Source of the DNA: a bacterium
GTDB taxonomy: Bacteria > SAR324 > XYD2-FULL-50-16
Length of the DNA: 64,000 nucleotides
NCBI GenBank assembly: GCA_032250835.1
Contig: JAVVEA010000003.1
Coordinates: forward strand, 194,265 to 258,264
Reading direction: 5' to 3'
This document shows, in pieces, positions 8,881-19,062 of this stretch. Position numbers and translations under genes: made by a program. Within the stretch, counting starts at the first letter, position 1, and every line of letters starts with the position of its first letter. The notes under the pieces are model-generated. The model did not search any database. It had not been told where the DNA came from and was given only the letters and a program-made list of their open reading frames with translations.

Positions 8881-11800
8881 ATGGCCGTCCCTCTAATCCG
8901 TAGCTTTACCCCCTATGTGGAGCCCTCAAGGTCATCTGAATATTTTGGTTTATCGGCAACCAACCTTAATTGGGAGACTTTACTTGCCTCGCCTCATGTC
9001 ATTATTTTGGGGCAACCGGGGGTGGGGAAGACCTTTGAGATGCGGCAGGCGGCTGATCAGCTTCATCTGGAGAACAAAGAGCTTTTCTACTGTACCGCTA
9101 CTGACGTCTTACTTAGAAGGCCCTTGCAGGTGCCTGATCAGCCTCGATTTCAACAAGCTCAGGAGCAGGGCAAAGGTTTAGTTTTTTTGATCGACTCATT
9201 GGACGAGGGCAACTTGCTTCCTCAAGGTGGCAAGGTAAGGACGCTTTTTGAGGCCTTTTACCGTTCGCCTGATCTTGGCCAAGTGGACAAAAAACAGTTA
9301 CATTGGGTGATTTCAGTGCGGCCAACCTATTGGGCCTTACTCCCAGATCGGGAGCTCGCCCAGGACTACGCATTTGCTACGCCGCGAAAACATACCGATG
9401 CCGGGCTAGGCGAAACTGAAGCGCACAAAGAGAGCGAAGAAAAAGCCGAGGCGCTTCGGGTTTCCCGGCCAGAAAAGAGTGAAGCCCGCCTTCTTGAAGT
9501 CACCCTCAACCCATTGGATTACGAACAAGTAAAAGCCTATTGTCATCAGATGTTCCCTCAAGACGGTGGTGATTTTTTTCGGGCCATGGAAACACAAGGG
9601 AAATGGGCTAATCTGCCGCGGGAAATCAAATATTGGTTCAACTTTTGGCGCAACAATGGCTCCTTTGGGACCCGAAAGGAGCGGATGAAGGACTATTGCG
9701 CTACTTTGCTGGACGAGGCCAACGAAGACCTCAGAGTGGGCATACCCGATGCCCAAAAGTTGGCAAGTCGACTAGCAGCTGCTTTGGTTTTAGTAGAAGT
9801 TGGGCAATTGGCCCCGGTTGATAGGGACTCAGATAAGGGTCTGGATTTGTCTATAATGCTTCCCGAGTTGCCTACCGCTCGCCAATTAACTTCCCTTATA
9901 GACAGGGCCGCATTTAAAGACTCGGGAACCAACGTTGCCTTTGTCGACACCGAGGTACGCGATTTTTTAGCCGCTTGCTGGATTTTTGAGCAGTCCAAAG
10001 TGGGACCGGCTTACGAACTGTGCGAGTTCTTTTTTGCTTCCTCAGAAATAGGTCCACTGGCTAACCGGAAAGTACCTGAAGTCCTGGCTTGGATCGGTCA
10101 GTTTGAGCAAGGACCCCGGTTCTTTCGACCCCTCCTAAATGCGGCACCCGACCTGTTGATCAGTCAGGGCGATCCAGCATTGTTGTCAGACTCCAACCTG
10201 AAACTAGTACTCGAAGCGATCCGCCATTTTCCGTACAATCTGGTGCAGGGCTACCGCGCACCAGCTATCCGGAACCAACTCAGTCAGTCAATAGGTCGCC
10301 TTTCATTGATGGACTATTATCAAGAGGTGATTGAAGACATTGTCTGCCCCCCTGGTTTACGTACACTCTTGCTACAAGTGGTTTCGCTTTCTCAACCGGC
10401 TCGCTTTGGCAAGTTAGCTGCAGATATTATCCAAGACGAAAACCAGCCATACCCATGCCGTTATGCAGCGGTAGACATTTGCGAGAAAGCCGCAGATTCT
10501 GACGTGTTCACTTCCCTGCGCGAGTACTTTTTGGTCTTGCCCGTGACGGTTTCCCAGCAACTCCGCCTGGATCTATTAGAACTTTTATATCCTCAGCATC
10601 TATCGGTCGAGGAAGTGCTCGCTTTTTTTAAAGGTGGGGACCTCAGGTTGGGCAACACTTTCCTGACGGATAGGGACTATCTAGTTAAAGGCGTAGCGGA
10701 TCAAACAAAAGACGAAGACCTATTGGAATTTTTTAGAGGTTTGGCAAACCTCATAGCGGACATAAAAAAGCCCTTGGAATCGCCAACCGGGCTCCAAACC
10801 AAAGAGCAATACAGGTGGGCGTTAGCCACCTTGGGCGCTGTATTCGAGCGATTATTTCTCACGTGGGATGAAGGGCAAAGCATAGCCCCTTTGGGAGATG
10901 CTGTTCGAACTCTTTCTGCGCTGGGGTTACATGGCCGGACCAAGCAATGGTCGTTTGAAGCCGCCTATAGTACGCGCCCAGAACTACGAAAACAGCTCAT
11001 AACAGCGGCCCTTTGGTCAACACCGGAACGGTTTTACGGGCGCTATTTTTACAGCGCCCTATATTTAACTGAAAGTGACCTCGCATGGATATTACCCAAA
11101 ATTGGTATTCAAGAAAATGAGGCAATTGATATAAGTCTGTGGGATTTAGCGCGGTCCTTCGTAGATTCAGAAGGTCTGCAAATACATAAAGAGCAACTAT
11201 TGCAGCAATCTCGCGATAAACCTCGTCTACATCAAACACTCCGAAATTACCTCGATGCGCCCAAGCAACAGCCCCTTAAGTTGCCAGATTTAGGATCTCA
11301 ATTAGAGTACGATATTCGCTTTCAAGCTGGCTTCAAACAGTGTCAAGAATTGCTTCCTCATCTTCAAGCCATCGAGACTGACGCAAAAGGGGATTTGTTA
11401 ATGCGTGTCTGGGATTTTGCCGAGGAGTACCGAAATTTCTCGGGTTCAAACCGGTCAGAAATTCCTATCGACCGATTCGATTTTGAACCAAAAGAGTTAA
11501 GCCGAGCTTTCCGCAAGGGGCTAGTTTTTTACTTTGAACATTTTGCCGCCACGCAGCCGACACCAGACAGTTCCACTTACGGTGACGTGTTAGCCTTGGT
11601 AGCATGTCAGTTGATCGCTTCGGTAGAAGGTGTACAAGCATTCGACCAATATAGGGCTCGCAAGGCTCTGCAACTTGGTTTTTACGAACTCAACCAGTTT
11701 CCTTGGTGGTGGACATCACTAGCTTCTCGACATTTTGGGGTCCTTGAGGAAATCTTACCGCCTCTTTTCGAAGCAGAAATGAGAGCAACAGGGACTGAAG

Positions 11801-13182
11801 AAAGGCCGCGACATGCACAAGTACTCAATCATTTTTCGGCTCTAGCGCTTGAATATTCTATCAAGCAAGAAATGCCGAAGGAATCAAAGTCAGGAAACGA
11901 CCTGTTTGGGCAGGAGGACCGTTCTCTCACAGAATCCGAGTTGGAGCTGCAACATGCATTAAGTGCCTGTGCAGCCTCCATGCTTTGGCCGCTGTTTCAA
12001 ACTATCCCCCCAAAATCAGTACATATTTTGGAGGCTGCACTGGCCATTTTACTTCCTCATTTTGGGAGCGATCCAAAACTAGTCCAGTTAATTTCCCAGC
12101 GGGCGCAGAACGAAGGAACACCCCAAGACGGGAAAATCGCCCAAAAATATTGGTCTGCTTGGCTGCGGTTGGAACCTAAATCTTGTTGGATTGCGGTTCG
12201 AAAAATATTGCCTGAGGACCTTCCAGTTAAGCAGGCGGTTTTGGAAGCGGTTTTTGATCACTCCTACCACGAAGCACATGATCAACGGGTCAACTGGCTT
12301 GGTAGTCTAAGCGTGAACTTGCTGGACGAAATGCTGATTGCTTTTGCTACGGCATTTCTTTACGAGACGGATCCACGCAGAGAAAGAGTTCGGGTCCTTA
12401 CCAGGACAAGGACAGGGATTGAGACTCGCGACCAGTTACTGCAGACTTTGGGTACGCATACCGATTCCGTTGCGGCCTACAACTCTTTGCTTGGTTTATT
12501 GCAAAATCCCCTTTTTCAGGGGAGGTATTACGAAATATCGGGGCATTTGGCGAGTATAAGAGGATTCCTATATTCACCAGCCCCCTGGAAGGCATCCGAC
12601 GTTTTGGAGTTCGAGCACTCCCACACCCACCAACCTAAAGACGCTCAACAGTTCTTCAAGCAAATCTGCAACCGCGTTGAGATGGCTCAAGAGCGCCTCC
12701 TTATAAGCGACTTTGCGCCCATGTATTTGATCAACAACAAAGCCTCCGAAGCGGACTTTCAGTTCTGGCTAAGTGATCAACTGGACCACAACTCCAATGG
12801 GTACCATGTGGGGATGGAGGAGATGAAATCCAACCGAAACCGCCGTGACATCACAGTAAGCCGTTCAAGTGAGCAGGGCCACTGGACCGTTGTCGTTGAA
12901 GCCAAATTGATCGAAGGCTCTAGATACAGTGCAAACGATCTTTTTTCGGCGCTAGAAAAACAGCTAGTAGAGCGCTACTTAGTAGGACCTGAATCCGAGA
13001 AGAAAGGGGGCATCCTCTGGGTCGTCAAAAAACGCGATAAGACGTTCCTCTGGGAAGGCGAGACCTTGGAGTTTGCGGAGTTGATTGCCCGGCTCAACGA
13101 AAGAGCACAAGCCCTTGCCCGAGAAAAGGGGCTGGTGGGGTTGCGGGTTATGGGGGTTGATTTGAGGTCCAGCCGCATTTGA
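8881..13182 (+). CDS. Large STAND/NACHT-like P-loop NTPase with helical sensor region and C-terminal PD-(D/E)xK nuclease-like domain (start may be 8842)
   Basis: Walker A GQPGVGKT, Walker B FLIDSLDE, sensor-1-like ISVRP, post-NTPase 'AFVDTEVRDFLAA'; C-terminus EADFQFWLSDQL…RRDITV…VVVEAK…QLVERYL. Confidence 0.7.
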   Translation: MAVPLIRSFTPYVEPSRSSEYFGLSATNLNWETLLASPHVIILGQPGVGKTFEMRQAADQLHLENKELFYCTATDVLLRRPLQVPDQPRFQQAQEQGKGLVFLIDSLDEGNLLPQGGKVRTLFEAFYRSPDLGQVDKKQLHWVISVRPTYWALLPDRELAQDYAFATPRKHTDAGLGETEAHKESEEKAEALRVSRPEKSEARLLEVTLNPLDYEQVKAYCHQMFPQDGGDFFRAMETQGKWANLPREIKYWFNFWRNNGSFGTRKERMKDYCATLLDEANEDLRVGIPDAQKLASRLAAALVLVEVGQLAPVDRDSDKGLDLSIMLPELPTARQLTSLIDRAAFKDSGTNVAFVDTEVRDFLAACWIFEQSKVGPAYELCEFFFASSEIGPLANRKVPEVLAWIGQFEQGPRFFRPLLNAAPDLLISQGDPALLSDSNLKLVLEAIRHFPYNLVQGYRAPAIRNQLSQSIGRLSLMDYYQEVIEDIVCPPGLRTLLLQVVSLSQPARFGKLAADIIQDENQPYPCRYAAVDICEKAADSDVFTSLREYFLVLPVTVSQQLRLDLLELLYPQHLSVEEVLAFFKGGDLRLGNTFLTDRDYLVKGVADQTKDEDLLEFFRGLANLIADIKKPLESPTGLQTKEQYRWALATLGAVFERLFLTWDEGQSIAPLGDAVRTLSALGLHGRTKQWSFEAAYSTRPELRKQLITAALWSTPERFYGRYFYSALYLTESDLAWILPKIGIQENEAIDISLWDLARSFVDSEGLQIHKEQLLQQSRDKPRLHQTLRNYLDAPKQQPLKLPDLGSQLEYDIRFQAGFKQCQELLPHLQAIETDAKGDLLMRVWDFAEEYRNFSGSNRSEIPIDRFDFEPKELSRAFRKGLVFYFEHFAATQPTPDSSTYGDVLALVACQLIASVEGVQAFDQYRARKALQLGFYELNQFPWWWTSLASRHFGVLEEILPPLFEAEMRATGTEERPRHAQVLNHFSALALEYSIKQEMPKESKSGNDLFGQEDRSLTESELELQHALSACAASMLWPLFQTIPPKSVHILEAALAILLPHFGSDPKLVQLISQRAQNEGTPQDGKIAQKYWSAWLRLEPKSCWIAVRKILPEDLPVKQAVLEAVFDHSYHEAHDQRVNWLGSLSVNLLDEMLIAFATAFLYETDPRRERVRVLTRTRTGIETRDQLLQTLGTHTDSVAAYNSLLGLLQNPLFQGRYYEISGHLASIRGFLYSPAPWKASDVLEFEHSHTHQPKDAQQFFKQICNRVEMAQERLLISDFAPMYLINNKASEADFQFWLSDQLDHNSNGYHVGMEEMKSNRNRRDITVSRSSEQGHWTVVVEAKLIEGSRYSANDLFSALEKQLVERYLVGPESEKKGGILWVVKKRDKTFLWEGETLEFAELIARLNERAQALAREKGLVGLRVMGVDLRSSRI

Positions 13183-13247
13183 CCGTATCGGTCTTACGCT
13201 TGGCTATCGAGAAGAAATGGCAAAATTCGCCACCTGCTCCCAAAATC

Positions 13248-13649
13248 CTACCGGATATTATGTTCCTTAAAAAGCGGAATGTACTTTTGGTCTTCGCCTA
13301 AGATGTGGCTGACGAGCCAGTCGGTCATGAAGGTCATGACGTCCACGCCAATCATGAAATTGCTGCTGCTGTCGAACTGGCTTTTTAACTCGTGCAGTTT
13401 GCGGGTGAAGCTTTCGTGCTTGGCTAAGTGGTCTTCGGCGCGTTCGTAGCCGATCTGTGCGAAGATTTCGGCTTCGTGCGAAAAGTGATCTTCGGTGTAT
13501 TCTAGCAGCCCTTTAAAGATGTCTTGCAGTACCGCTTTCGATTCGCCTTGGCCCATGGCGGTCTGCAATTGCGCAATTAGGCCGAAGAGTTTCTGGTGCT
13601 GTTGGTCAATGGTGCCGATCCCTACGGCGAGGCTTTCATCCCACTTCAT
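13248..13649 (-). CDS. Bacteriohemerythrin
   Basis: W…IDQQHQKL, HFSHEA, HLAKH, WLVSHILGEDQKY; start refined to ATG at 13649. Confidence 0.95.
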   Translation of the reverse strand: MKWDESLAVGIGTIDQQHQKLFGLIAQLQTAMGQGESKAVLQDIFKGLLEYTEDHFSHEAEIFAQIGYERAEDHLAKHESFTRKLHELKSQFDSSSNFMIGVDVMTFMTDWLVSHILGEDQKYIPLFKEHNIR

Positions 13650-13909
13650 TGGTACCAATCTACAAATCTGTAATTGCGTAAAATTAGGCCGAACCCAAAA
13701 GGCCCCACCTTTGGAGAGAGCCCAGGCTAACCTACCCGAATCAGGCTGGCAACGGTCCAATTAACATCTAGTCAAGCAGATTACCTAAAGCTTTGAATCC
13801 GGGGGCCTTTTGTTAGCCTAAGCGGCCCTTGCCTGGACGCCTGTTTTTGCGGTAGGCCATAAGACACAAAGGCGGCAGTCGAGCCTTTTGCCAAAAAATT
13901 AGGAGCAAC

Positions 13910-15241
13910 ATGACCGATTGGATCAATCAATTAAACGGCCTCGTTTGGGGTCCGCCCATGCTGGCCCTGATCTTAGGCACCGGCTTGTTCCTCAGCCTGG
14001 GGCTCAAAGGCTTCCCGATCCGCAAACTTCCCGAAGGGTTCCGCCTGCTTTGGGCGGGGCGGCATTCACAAGAAAAGGGCGACATCACCCCTTGGGGGGC
14101 TTTAATGACCGCCCTGGCGGCAACGATTGGCACCGGAAACATCGCCGGGGTAGCTACGGCCATCTTTCTGGGCGGTCCTGGCGCGCTCTTTTGGATGTGG
14201 GTCACGGCTCTGGTCGGGATGGCCACCAAGTACGGTGAGGCGGTCTTGGCGGTACATTTTCGCGAGATCGACGCCAAGGGGGAGCATGTGGGCGGCCCCA
14301 TGTATTACATCAAAAACGGCATGGGCCCCAAATGGGCTTGGCTCTCCTTCCTGTTTGCTTTCTTCGCCGCAGTGGCGGGCTTCGGCATTGGTAATATGGT
14401 CCAAGCCAACTCGGTGGCTGATGTGGTGCAGTCCACTACTGGTCTGGATCATTGGGTGACCGGTTTGGTGTTGGCGGTTTTGGTGGCTTTGGTGCTTTTA
14501 GGCGGCATCCGCCGTATTGCCGAGGTGGCCGGTCGGTTGGTCCCGGCCATGGCGATTTTATATATTTTAGGCGCCCTCTCGGTCTTGCTGATCCATTTAG
14601 ACCAGTTGCCCGGCGTGATGGCCGAAGTCTTTGCCCAGGCCTTTAGCCCCACCGCTGCCCAGGGCGGTTTTGCCGGGGCTGGGGTGTGGATGGCGATCCG
14701 CTACGGTGTGGCCCGAGGCGTTTTTTCCAATGAGGCGGGCTTGGGCAGTGCCCCTATAGCCCACGCCGCCGCCCAAACCAAAGACCCCATCACCCAGGGC
14801 ATGGTGGCCATGTTGGGCACCTTCATCGATACGTTGATTGTTTGTACCTTAACGGGCTTGGTGATTCTGGTCAGTGGCGCTTGGACCAGCGGCGAAACCG
14901 GAGCGGCTTTAAGCTCCATGGCCTTTGGTCGGGGCTTAGGGCCCACCGGAGAGTGGATCGTGGCCCTGGGCTTGGCCCTTTTCGCTTTCACTACGCTGAT
15001 CGGCTGGAGTTATTATGGCGAAAAGGCGGTGGAGTATCTGTTGGGTGTGCGGGCTATCGTCCCCTACCGGATCGCCTGGGTGCTTTGCATCCCTCTAGGC
15101 GCGACCACCAAGTTGAGTCTAGTCTGGCTGATCGCCGACACACTCAACGCTTTGATGGCGCTGCCTAACTTGATCGCCCTCGTCTTTTTGGGGCCTTTGA
15201 TTTTCCGGCTAACGGCCCAGTGGGCCGCACAACGCAAGTAA
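13910..15241 (+). CDS. Sodium:alanine/glycine symporter (AGCS family)
   Basis: ATIGTGNIAGVA, GGPGALFWMW, GGPMYYI, RGVFSNEAGLGSA motifs; SD AGGAG. Confidence 0.95.
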   Translation: MTDWINQLNGLVWGPPMLALILGTGLFLSLGLKGFPIRKLPEGFRLLWAGRHSQEKGDITPWGALMTALAATIGTGNIAGVATAIFLGGPGALFWMWVTALVGMATKYGEAVLAVHFREIDAKGEHVGGPMYYIKNGMGPKWAWLSFLFAFFAAVAGFGIGNMVQANSVADVVQSTTGLDHWVTGLVLAVLVALVLLGGIRRIAEVAGRLVPAMAILYILGALSVLLIHLDQLPGVMAEVFAQAFSPTAAQGGFAGAGVWMAIRYGVARGVFSNEAGLGSAPIAHAAAQTKDPITQGMVAMLGTFIDTLIVCTLTGLVILVSGAWTSGETGAALSSMAFGRGLGPTGEWIVALGLALFAFTTLIGWSYYGEKAVEYLLGVRAIVPYRIAWVLCIPLGATTKLSLVWLIADTLNALMALPNLIALVFLGPLIFRLTAQWAAQRK

Positions 15242-15248
15242 CACGGCG

Positions 15249-16649
15249 GTGAGGCGATACCTTTTAAATGCGGCGCTGCTAAGCAGCGGTGCCAGTGGGG
15301 CCGTTCTTTGGATCGCCTCTAACCGAATGTTAGCCCCCTGGTTTGGCTTGAGCGACAGCGGAGCGGCCTTGACCTCGGTGCTGCTGCTGGCCGCCGGACT
15401 GGGCGCTTGGCTGGGCGGTTGGGCGGTCGAGCACAGGCCCCAGGGATTACTGTTAACCCACAACATGACGGCCTTGGCGCTGGCCTGCCTGGCGGTCCCT
15501 AGTTTACGTGCGGGACTTAGCTCACTGTTCGGGCAGCCCAGCCTGTTGGCTAGCCCCTGGTTGGCCTCGATCCTGCTTTTTGGTTTGCCCGCTGCGGCTG
15601 GGGGGTTTTTGATGCCTCTGCTGTTGCGCCTGGGTTTGTTGTGGCAAGGGGACCGGGCCTTGGGTGCGGGGCTCGGCAGGCTGTTGGGGAAGCAGTTGCT
15701 GGGATGCTGGCTGGGCTATTGGTTGGGACGGTATGGCCTGTTGCCTTGGCTGCGGATCGACGGCATCTTTTTAGGTCTGGGGCTCATTTGGGGGGTCTTG
15801 GCCTGCTGGGGGTATGTACTCTGGGCCCCGGGACGCTTTTCTAAGGGGAATTTGAGTCTCCTGGCGGTTTTGGCCGGGCTTTTGGCCACTTCCGGCGGGA
15901 CGCTGGCCCGATTGCCGCTGCCCGAAGGGGTGGCTGCTGATCTCCAAGGGCCTGACGCCCGTTAACGATTGATCCACCGTACTGACCCCGAGGCCCCCAG
16001 TTGGACCTTGTGGCGCGACCTTGAGCGAGTCGAGCAGGTAGGTTCGGAACCCGAACTTTTGGCTTGGGAATTGGCCGCTTGGGCAGGCCCGATGCCTCGG
16101 CAGGTTTTGTTGTGGGGCCCCGGCAGTCTGGCTTGGGCGGTGCAAATCAGGTCCCGTTTTCCCTCGGCCCAGTTGACTTGGCTCAACCCCGAGGCGGCCT
16201 GGGTGGAACTGGCCCAGCGGCTACCGGGCGGGGAGGCCTTGGTGCGCCGCCAAGCGGACCCACGCCAATGGTTGGCCGGGCACCGCCAAAGTTATGATTG
16301 GATCTTATCGGCCCAGGGACCCCGCCCCCCGGCAGCTTGGGCGAGCCAAGAGTTTTACCGGCTAGTGGCCAACCGCTTGACCCGCGAGGGGGTGTTTTTA
16401 ACCGCTTTGGAGTCCCCCCGTGCCAGCCCGCTGAGCCGGTCCACCTCGGCTACTTTGGGCCGCGTGTTTGGCCATCGGCAGGAGTTTTTAGGTCCCCTGG
16501 GGCCGGTATGGCTGGCAGCGCCGCGCCCCTTTGGTCAAACCTCGAGCCCCGAAGCGTTGTCCTTTAAGCCCCAACCCTTGGGCCAGGAATCGGGTGCGGA
16601 GATTTTTAGCGATTTAGAAGCGCCGCTTGCGCGGCTAACATTACCTTAA
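15249..16649 (+). pseudogene. Fused membrane/spermidine-synthase-like methyltransferase interrupted by one in-frame TAA (15963-15965)
   Basis: ORFs 15249-15965 (multi-TM) and 15969-16649 (SAM-fold-like: VLLWGPG, RQADPRQWL, YDWIL, SQEFYRLV…LTREGV) are in the same frame. Confidence 0.6.
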
Positions 16650-16658
16650 GGATTGGTG

Positions 16659-17549
16659 ATGAAAAAGGCTCTTTGGCTTGGGTTGGTCTGGCTTTGCTGC
16701 CCTCTGGAACTTTGGGCCTTTGACGGGAACCAAGCGCTGCAACATATCCAAACCCAGTTGGATTTTGGTCCCCGTTATCCGACCAGTCCAGGGCACCAAA
16801 AGACCCGCCAATGGCTCATCCGACGCCTCGGCCCGCTGGCCGACCGGGTCGAAAAGGACCGCTGGGACCACGAAGATGCCCACAAAAAAGTTTATGCTTT
16901 GGAAAACCTAGTTTTCCGGTTCCAGCCCCAACGCAAGCAGCGGCTGATTCTAGGGGCCCATTACGACAGCCGCCGCTTCGCCGACAAAGATCCGGCCGAT
17001 CCGTTCGCCGCCTTGGCCGGAGCCAACGACAGCGCCTCGGGTGTGGCGGTCTTGGTGGAATTAGCGCCTCAGTTGGCGGCCTTGATCAAGGGCAAGGAGT
17101 GGGGCTTAGATTTGGTGTTTTTTGATGCCGAAGAAGGGGAGCTAGACCCCAAGGCACGGCCCTGGAAACCCATCGGTTCGATCCATTTTGCCAGCCAACT
17201 AAGCCGTTTTTATCCAGAACTTAAGCCCCAGTTGGCGATTGTCGTGGATATGGTGTGCGACAAAGATTTGCAGTTGAAGTTCGAGCGCTTCAGTCTCGAC
17301 TCGGTACCCAAACAGGTTTGGCGGATGTGGGAGCTAGGGGCCCAGCAGAGCGATGGATTTATTGCCGAATATGGCTACGCCATCTACGACGACCATTACC
17401 CCCTGATCCAAGCGGGTGTGCCGGCCCTGTTGCTGATTGATTACGACTACCCGGCCTGGCATACCCAGGCGGACCAGATCGACCAATGCAGCGCAAAGAG
17501 CCTGCAAGCGGTGGGGGACACGTTGCTTCAGTTCCTCAAAACCTATTAG
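16659..17549 (+). CDS. M28 family zinc peptidase / glutaminyl cyclase-like
   Basis: Signal peptide; GAHYDSR, GANDSASG, FFDAEE, DMV, DDH, WHT. Confidence 0.9.
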   Translation: MKKALWLGLVWLCCPLELWAFDGNQALQHIQTQLDFGPRYPTSPGHQKTRQWLIRRLGPLADRVEKDRWDHEDAHKKVYALENLVFRFQPQRKQRLILGAHYDSRRFADKDPADPFAALAGANDSASGVAVLVELAPQLAALIKGKEWGLDLVFFDAEEGELDPKARPWKPIGSIHFASQLSRFYPELKPQLAIVVDMVCDKDLQLKFERFSLDSVPKQVWRMWELGAQQSDGFIAEYGYAIYDDHYPLIQAGVPALLLIDYDYPAWHTQADQIDQCSAKSLQAVGDTLLQFLKTY

Positions 17550-17998
17550 GGGAGCTTGCGGTCCAGATGGGCTTCGTAGTTGACCAAGCGGCGGTCGTAG
17601 GTACCCTGCATCAGCGGCGAGCTGATCAGGAAATCGGCGGTTGCTCGGTTACAGGCCATCGGCAGGTTCCAAACCACCGCCAACCGCAGCAAGGCTTTGA
17701 CGTCCGGGTCGTGGGGCTGGGCGGCTAAGGGGTCCCAAAAGAAGAAGAGGAAGTCCAAGCGCCGTTCGGTGATCATCGCGCCTACTTGGCTATCTCCGCC
17801 TAGAGGGCCGCTGGCTAGCCCGACCACTTCCAACCCGCAACGCTCACGCAGCAGCCGACCGGTGGTCCCGGTGGCGACCAATTCGTGGTTCATCAGCGTC
17901 CCTTTGTTGAAATTAGCCCATTCTAAGAGCGTCTCTTTGCGGTTGTCATGCGCCACTAGCGCAATCCGCTTGATCTTGTTGATGCGTATTTTGTCCAT
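17546..17998 (-). CDS. mgsA: Methylglyoxal synthase
   Basis: IALVAHD, ATGTTG, SGPLGGDSQ, FFWDPL, PHDPDVKAL. Confidence 0.97.
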   Translation of the reverse strand: MDKIRINKIKRIALVAHDNRKETLLEWANFNKGTLMNHELVATGTTGRLLRERCGLEVVGLASGPLGGDSQVGAMITERRLDFLFFFWDPLAAQPHDPDVKALLRLAVVWNLPMACNRATADFLISSPLMQGTYDRRLVNYEAHLDRKLP

Positions 17999-18076
17999 TT
18001 CCTGATTGCCGATTGTGTTATGCTTTGGCCTAAGATAGGCTTGAAGCCATCTTGGGGCAAGTCAAATGAGGTTTTT

Positions 18077-18712
18077 TTGGAATCCTGGTACCACCGTTAT
18101 ATCTTTCCTTCCTTGCTGGATTGGCTGATGTCCGGCGAGCCCTTCACCGGGCTGCGGAGTCAGCTCTTATCGCCGGTGCGGGGGCAGGTCTTAGAGATCG
18201 GCCTGGGCACGGGGCTCAATCTGTCCCATTACCCGGCCAATTTAGAGGCCCTAAAGAGCCTCGACCTTTCCCCGGCGCTGGCTCGCCTCGCTAGCAATCG
18301 TTTGGCTGCGGCCCCTTTTGAAGTGATCCATTACCTCGGCAGTGCCGAATCTATGCCCTTTGAGGAGCGGCAGTTTGATCAAGTGATCAGCACCTGGACC
18401 CTCTGTAGCATTGCCGACCTGGATGCGGCCCTGCGCGAGATCAAACGGGTGATGCGGCCCGGAGGGGTCTTCCGCTTCGTCGAACATGGAGCCCACCCGA
18501 ACCCCAAAATCCGGGCTTGGCAAGACCGCCTCAATCGGCTGCATAATAAATTAGCTTCGGGCTGCAATCTGAACCGGGACATCCGCTCGGCCTTGCTGGA
18601 GCACGGCTTTTTCTTTGAGCAATTGGAATGTTGGGAAATGGCCCGCACACCTAAGATTTTAGGCTACCATTGTATGGGCGCGGCGCGGTTGCTGCGCCCC
18701 GAAGAGCCTTAA
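18077..18712 (+). CDS. Class I SAM-dependent methyltransferase
   Basis: VLEIGLGTG, FDQVISTWTLCS, FVEHG, GCNLNRD; TTG start at 18077 after GAGG (track start 18020). Confidence 0.9.
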   Translation: MESWYHRYIFPSLLDWLMSGEPFTGLRSQLLSPVRGQVLEIGLGTGLNLSHYPANLEALKSLDLSPALARLASNRLAAAPFEVIHYLGSAESMPFEERQFDQVISTWTLCSIADLDAALREIKRVMRPGGVFRFVEHGAHPNPKIRAWQDRLNRLHNKLASGCNLNRDIRSALLEHGFFFEQLECWEMARTPKILGYHCMGAARLLRPEEP

Positions 18713-18754
18713 AAAAGCACACCAAGCCCGCTTGCCCAAAGGTGAAATGATGGC

Positions 18755-19059
18755 TGTAGGGGGCCGATAGATTGGCGAAACTTAGGCCCACTCTCGACTT
18801 ACGCAAACCCACCAACATCTAATCGTCCTCTATCGGCACCGCCCAGTCGGCCCCCTAGGCGTTTGCGCTGATTCGGGTGAACTAGCTACCCTTGGGGTTC
18901 GCCTAGAGGCGCCCTGGTTCGGTCCCGAGTAAATCGCCAGAGCCCAACGTGAAAGGGCGCGTCTTTACCGAAGTGACCAAAAGCTGAAGGAACCCCAGCG
19001 GATGGCTCAAGGGTACTGGGGAACAAAGGTTTTCTGGCATGAAGGCCCCGATGCCCTAC
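18755..19059. other. Structured intergenic element (candidate ncRNA or REPIN/MITE-like element)
   Basis: Terminal TGTAGGG/CCCTACA inverted repeat plus several internal 7-11 bp perfect stems, between two convergent genes. Confidence 0.5.
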
Positions 19060-19062
19060 AAA

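Noticed and set aside
13712-13750. GGAGAG…CCGAA…TCAGG upstream of the Ala/Gly symporter, suggestive of a glycine riboswitch
   Set aside because: Lacks the GAAGG.GCAA and CTCTCAGG spacing and stems of the aptamer; too compressed. Needs cmscan to rescue.
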